DNA of 64,000 nt, taken from an uncultured Cytophagaceae bacterium. GTDB taxonomy: Bacteria > Bacteroidota > Bacteroidia > Cytophagales > Microscillaceae. Shown here piece by piece: positions 61,085 through 64,000 of the stretch. A program made the position numbers and the translations under genes. The stretch is from positions 85,327 to 149,326 of the forward strand of contig CAZKBP010000003.1 of assembly GCA_964551015.1 (NCBI GenBank), given 5' to 3'. The first letter of the stretch is position 1. Every line of letters begins with the position of its first letter. The notes beneath the pieces are model-generated. The model made no database searches. It was given only the letters and a program-made list of their open reading frames with translations, and was not told the DNA's origin.

Positions 61085-62269
61085 ATGCTGATGAAATCAT
61101 ATTTTAAACACTACTTACTCCGGGGCAGAAACTTTGCCTGGCTGTTGCTAGGCTTGAGTGCTTGCTTAGCTATTGATGCGAACCATTTTCGCTTAGTAGC
61201 AGATTTTGAAGAAAACGAAAGAATCTATGTCGTTTACATTCCTCAGCCATACATAGAGGAATTGATTAGTCAATTAAGCCAATATGAGCAAATTGGAGTG
61301 TTCGTGCAATCGGCTCAGGAAATAGCTAAGGTTAGCCAAAGCTTAGAAAAAGCCCAGGCTCGTATAGAAAACCTACGTTTTAGCGTTGCGCCCAAGGTAG
61401 ATCAATGGATTCGGGATTCAGCGCCCGCCATTCTCAAAAACAAAAAAGGACAATTGCAGGCCGTGGAGTTTGTTTCTCCCAAAAAGGTCTTTGACCAAAA
61501 CGACCGTTACATCGCTCAGGGTTTAAAATTGCCGCTTAGGTCCAGCCAAATCAAGGCCGTGGGTGGAGCTCGTGAATCCAATGGAGAGGGCTTGGTGCTA
61601 GCCACCGAGGAATTTTACCAAAATATGGATTCAGTTTTTGATCGGGATCAAATAGAAGCAGATTTGAAGACTAATTATGGAATCAAAAAGGTGATTTGGC
61701 TAGAAAAGGGTTTGCTGGAAGATGGAATTTTTGAGAAAGGACCTATTTATGAAAATATTCACCCCTTAGGTTCGGGAGGGCACGTGGATGAATTTTGTCG
61801 TTTTGTGAACTCGCATACGGTGCTCTTGGCTGAGGTGGCCGTCGCCGATACCAGCAAACATCCTCTTTATAAAATGAATTATGAGCGTTTGGAAAAAAAC
61901 TATCAAATCCTGAAAGCCCAGCCTGAACCCAAATTAAAAATCATCCGCGCACCCGCCGCCGAATTAATTTTTCAGCAAATCAGGCATCCCAGAGATAAGA
62001 AAAACTATCAAATCGTATTGGCGGCTAGCTATCTGAATTTTGTCATTGGCAATCGGGTCATCCTCGCGGCAAAATACTATCAAGAGGGAATGCCTCTTTC
62101 GGTAAAAGCAAAGGACGAAGCCATTTACCAAATCTTGAAAACACAATTTCCAAAACATGAAATTGTACAGCTAGACCCCAGACGCTTGAATGCCCGTGGG
62201 GGTGGCTTTCATTGTGTTACTTTTAACTTGCCCACCAGCAAATCCAAGAAAAAAATCAAAAGAGGATAA
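61085..62269 (+). CDS. Agmatine deiminase (porphyranyl peptidylarginine deiminase superfamily)
   Basis: C-terminal catalytic motif ARGGGFHCVT, a GGG-x-HC signature of agmatine deiminases. An N-terminal signal-like segment is present. Confidence 0.8.
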   Translation: MLMKSYFKHYLLRGRNFAWLLLGLSACLAIDANHFRLVADFEENERIYVVYIPQPYIEELISQLSQYEQIGVFVQSAQEIAKVSQSLEKAQARIENLRFSVAPKVDQWIRDSAPAILKNKKGQLQAVEFVSPKKVFDQNDRYIAQGLKLPLRSSQIKAVGGARESNGEGLVLATEEFYQNMDSVFDRDQIEADLKTNYGIKKVIWLEKGLLEDGIFEKGPIYENIHPLGSGGHVDEFCRFVNSHTVLLAEVAVADTSKHPLYKMNYERLEKNYQILKAQPEPKLKIIRAPAAELIFQQIRHPRDKKNYQIVLAASYLNFVIGNRVILAAKYYQEGMPLSVKAKDEAIYQILKTQFPKHEIVQLDPRRLNARGGGFHCVTFNLPTSKSKKKIKRG

Positions 62270-62281
62270 TCTTGCTCTGTT

Positions 62282-62776
62282 TTAAAAAGAAAGCAAAGAG
62301 AATAAAGTCTGTAGCACCCAGAAGACTAGATAAATCATCAAAGCAATCGTCAATAAAAACAGCACCAAGAGGGTAATCAAAATCCCTAAGCCAGAGCCTC
62401 GATGTTTACCTTCTTGGTAATGCTCTTTGAAAATACGCAGGTTGCGCGCATTAGGCTTGTAGAAAAAATCAACCACATTCCCTAAAATCGGAATACTACC
62501 CAGCATCGTGTCTAGGGCTACATTCAGAAGCATCAAAATCACCAAACGCCCACTCGTGCCATAGCGCACCATGTGAAAGAGCATGTAAGCAGAAATAGCG
62601 AAGGAGGTCAAATCACCCACCCCCGGCAGCAGCCCCAGAATAGGATCAAGCCCAAAACGAAAATTTGTACCCGGCACTTCAAACTTGGTATCCATCCACC
62701 CCGACAAGCGGTCTAGCCATTGGAGGTCACTGGGCAGCTTTGTAGAAACTTGATGATTGGAATTAGATGCCTGCAT
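62282..62776 (-). CDS. DUF4112 family membrane protein
   Basis: FRFGLDPILGLLPGVGDLTSFAISAYML...LDTMLGSIPILGNVVDFFYKPNARN conserved DUF4112 core. Confidence 0.65.
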   Translation of the reverse strand: MQASNSNHQVSTKLPSDLQWLDRLSGWMDTKFEVPGTNFRFGLDPILGLLPGVGDLTSFAISAYMLFHMVRYGTSGRLVILMLLNVALDTMLGSIPILGNVVDFFYKPNARNLRIFKEHYQEGKHRGSGLGILITLLVLFLLTIALMIYLVFWVLQTLFSLLSF

Positions 62777-62883
62777 ATGCTGTTTGGTGGTAGCTTATCG
62801 TGAACAACGCTTGATTGAGAGACGAAGATAGGCTCTTTTCGTGAAAAATATTTTCATTGTCCTAAATTCTGCTTATTTTTCTT

Positions 62884-63330
62884 TTGAATCACAAAAAAGT
62901 TAAAACGATGGCAGAACTCAAAACCCAACCCAACGCAGATGATGTAGTCGTATTTTTGGATCAAGTAGAAAACGAAAAGCGACGCCAAGATAGCCTCAAG
63001 GTGCTTGAACTCATGAAAGAAATTACCCAAGAATCGCCTCAAATGTGGGGCAAAAGCATCGTGGGTTTTGGGAGTTATCATTACAAATACGCAAGCGGGC
63101 GAGAAGGAGATTGGTATCTCACGGGATTTTCGCCTCGTAAGCAGAGCCTCACCCTGTACATTATGGCGGGTTTTGAGCAGTACGATGCACTTTTGGCACA
63201 ACTGGGCAAATACAAAACGGGCAAATCTTGTCTTTACATCAACAAGCTAGAAGATGTTGATCTGGATGTACTGAAACAACTCATTTCGGCCTCCATCGAG
63301 TATATGAAAGAAAATTATCCAAATACATAA
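62884..63330 (+). CDS. DUF1801 (YdhG/YdeI-like) domain protein
   Basis: DDVVVFLDQVENEKRRQDSLKVLELMKEI...WGKSIVGFGSYHYKY pattern of DUF1801. The start may be the internal Met at 62908. Confidence 0.6.
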   Translation: MNHKKVKTMAELKTQPNADDVVVFLDQVENEKRRQDSLKVLELMKEITQESPQMWGKSIVGFGSYHYKYASGREGDWYLTGFSPRKQSLTLYIMAGFEQYDALLAQLGKYKTGKSCLYINKLEDVDLDVLKQLISASIEYMKENYPNT

Positions 63331-63420
63331 AAATCGTGTGAATCGAACAAATCCACACCGAGGCTGGTTATGTGTCTAATTAATTGCTTGATAAGTCTAC
63401 ACTACTGAAACTTCAAAAAA

Positions 63421-64000
63421 GTGAAAACAGTAAGCCATCACCCCTCCCATTCCTCTGAAGAATGGTTTAGTACTTGGTTTGACTCTCCTTACTATCACAT
63501 TCTTTATCAGAACCGAGATCAAAGAGAGGCACAAAACTTCATTAATAATCTGGCTGATTTTCTAAATTTTCAGCCTCGCCATCGCATCCTAGACTTGGCT
63601 TGCGGAAGAGGTCGCCACGCGGTTTATCTCAACCAAAAAGGCTTGCAAGTCACGGGCGTGGATTTGTCAGAAGAAAACATAGCCTTTGCCCGCCAATATG
63701 AAAATGCGAGTCTCAAGTTTCGCGTGCACGATATGCGGAAAGTTTTAGAAGAATGCTGCTTTGATTTTATCCTGAATCTTTTCACCAGCTTTGGCTACTT
63801 CGAGACAGATGAAGAAAATATCAATGTTATCCAAGCCACCAAGGTCAACCTTAAACCCGAAGGACGCTTCGTGATCGACTTTCTCAATCCTGAGAAAGTG
63901 ATTCGAGAAATGATTTCTTACGAAGAAAAAACCTTAGAAGGCATTCAGTTTCGTATCCGCAAGACTTTACAAGATAGGTATATTCTCAAAGACATACAGT
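63421..64000 (+). CDS. Class I SAM-dependent methyltransferase, partial (runs off window end)
   Basis: Manual translation from GTG at 63421. Motif I ILDLACGRGRHAVYL, and post-I VTGVDLSEENIAFAR. No in-frame stop before 64000. Confidence 0.6.
   Translation, partial: MKTVSHHPSHSSEEWFSTWFDSPYYHILYQNRDQREAQNFINNLADFLNFQPRHRILDLACGRGRHAVYLNQKGLQVTGVDLSEENIAFARQYENASLKFRVHDMRKVLEECCFDFILNLFTSFGYFETDEENINVIQATKVNLKPEGRFVIDFLNPEKVIREMISYEEKTLEGIQFRIRKTLQDRYILKDIQ

Noticed and set aside
1-64000. Search for tRNA/rRNA/tmRNA genes, IS elements and integrases
   Set aside because: No cloverleaf-compatible GTTC/TTCGA-containing ~75-nt segments were seen in intergenic regions. No transposase- or integrase-like ORF was found. 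No rRNA-like conserved blocks were seen.

Overview
This 64-kb window looks like a Bacteroidota chromosome segment, probably from a Cytophagia/Saprospiria-like organism. Supporting signs are a T9SS C-terminal sorting domain, TAnnTTTG-type promoter motifs, the uppP–DUF3098 pairing and a GT9 heptosyltransferase. GC content appears moderate (not computed here), with clear AT-rich islands. About 50 protein-coding genes are supported. I found no rRNA, tRNA, CRISPR array or transposase. Note that my line-based positions can differ by ±1 from the ORF-track coordinates; where they differ I used the track.

Housekeeping genes: ileS (with a GTG start), uppP, yebC, pruA (P5C dehydrogenase), agmatine deiminase, an alpha-carbonic anhydrase, three SDR oxidoreductases, an MDR alcohol dehydrogenase, TerC, MarC, OmpH/Skp, a TonB-C domain protein, an acyl-CoA thioesterase and an R2-like diiron protein.

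Accessory or unusual loci:
1. An AT-rich type II restriction-modification (R-M) island at 15.4–17.2 kb. It pairs a NotI-family (Cys4) endonuclease with a Dam-family N6-adenine methyltransferase.
2. A DUF697/EcsC–SHOCT gene followed by a giant 1383-aa protein made of two tandem, expanded DUF445 units, at 17.3–22.2 kb.
3. Three tandem paralogous single-pass membrane sensor PP2C (SpoIIE) phosphatases with different extracytoplasmic sensor domains, at 23.2–30.0 kb.
4. Directly downstream, a MoxR-like AAA+ ATPase co-oriented with an uncharacterised 1134-aa four-TM protein, at 30.5–35.0 kb. This protein carries PKD-like, degenerate vWA-like and SBP_bac_5-like segments. Two distinct palindromic sites lie upstream. 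This is the best candidate for an undescribed system.
5. A tandem DUF3857/transglutaminase pseudoenzyme–enzyme pair.
6. An orphan NuoM/MnhD-like antiporter subunit with a soluble insertion.
7. A 1250-aa T9SS cargo protein with Calx-beta and PKD domains.

Several hairpin terminators and palindromic candidate operators are listed in the features and findings.
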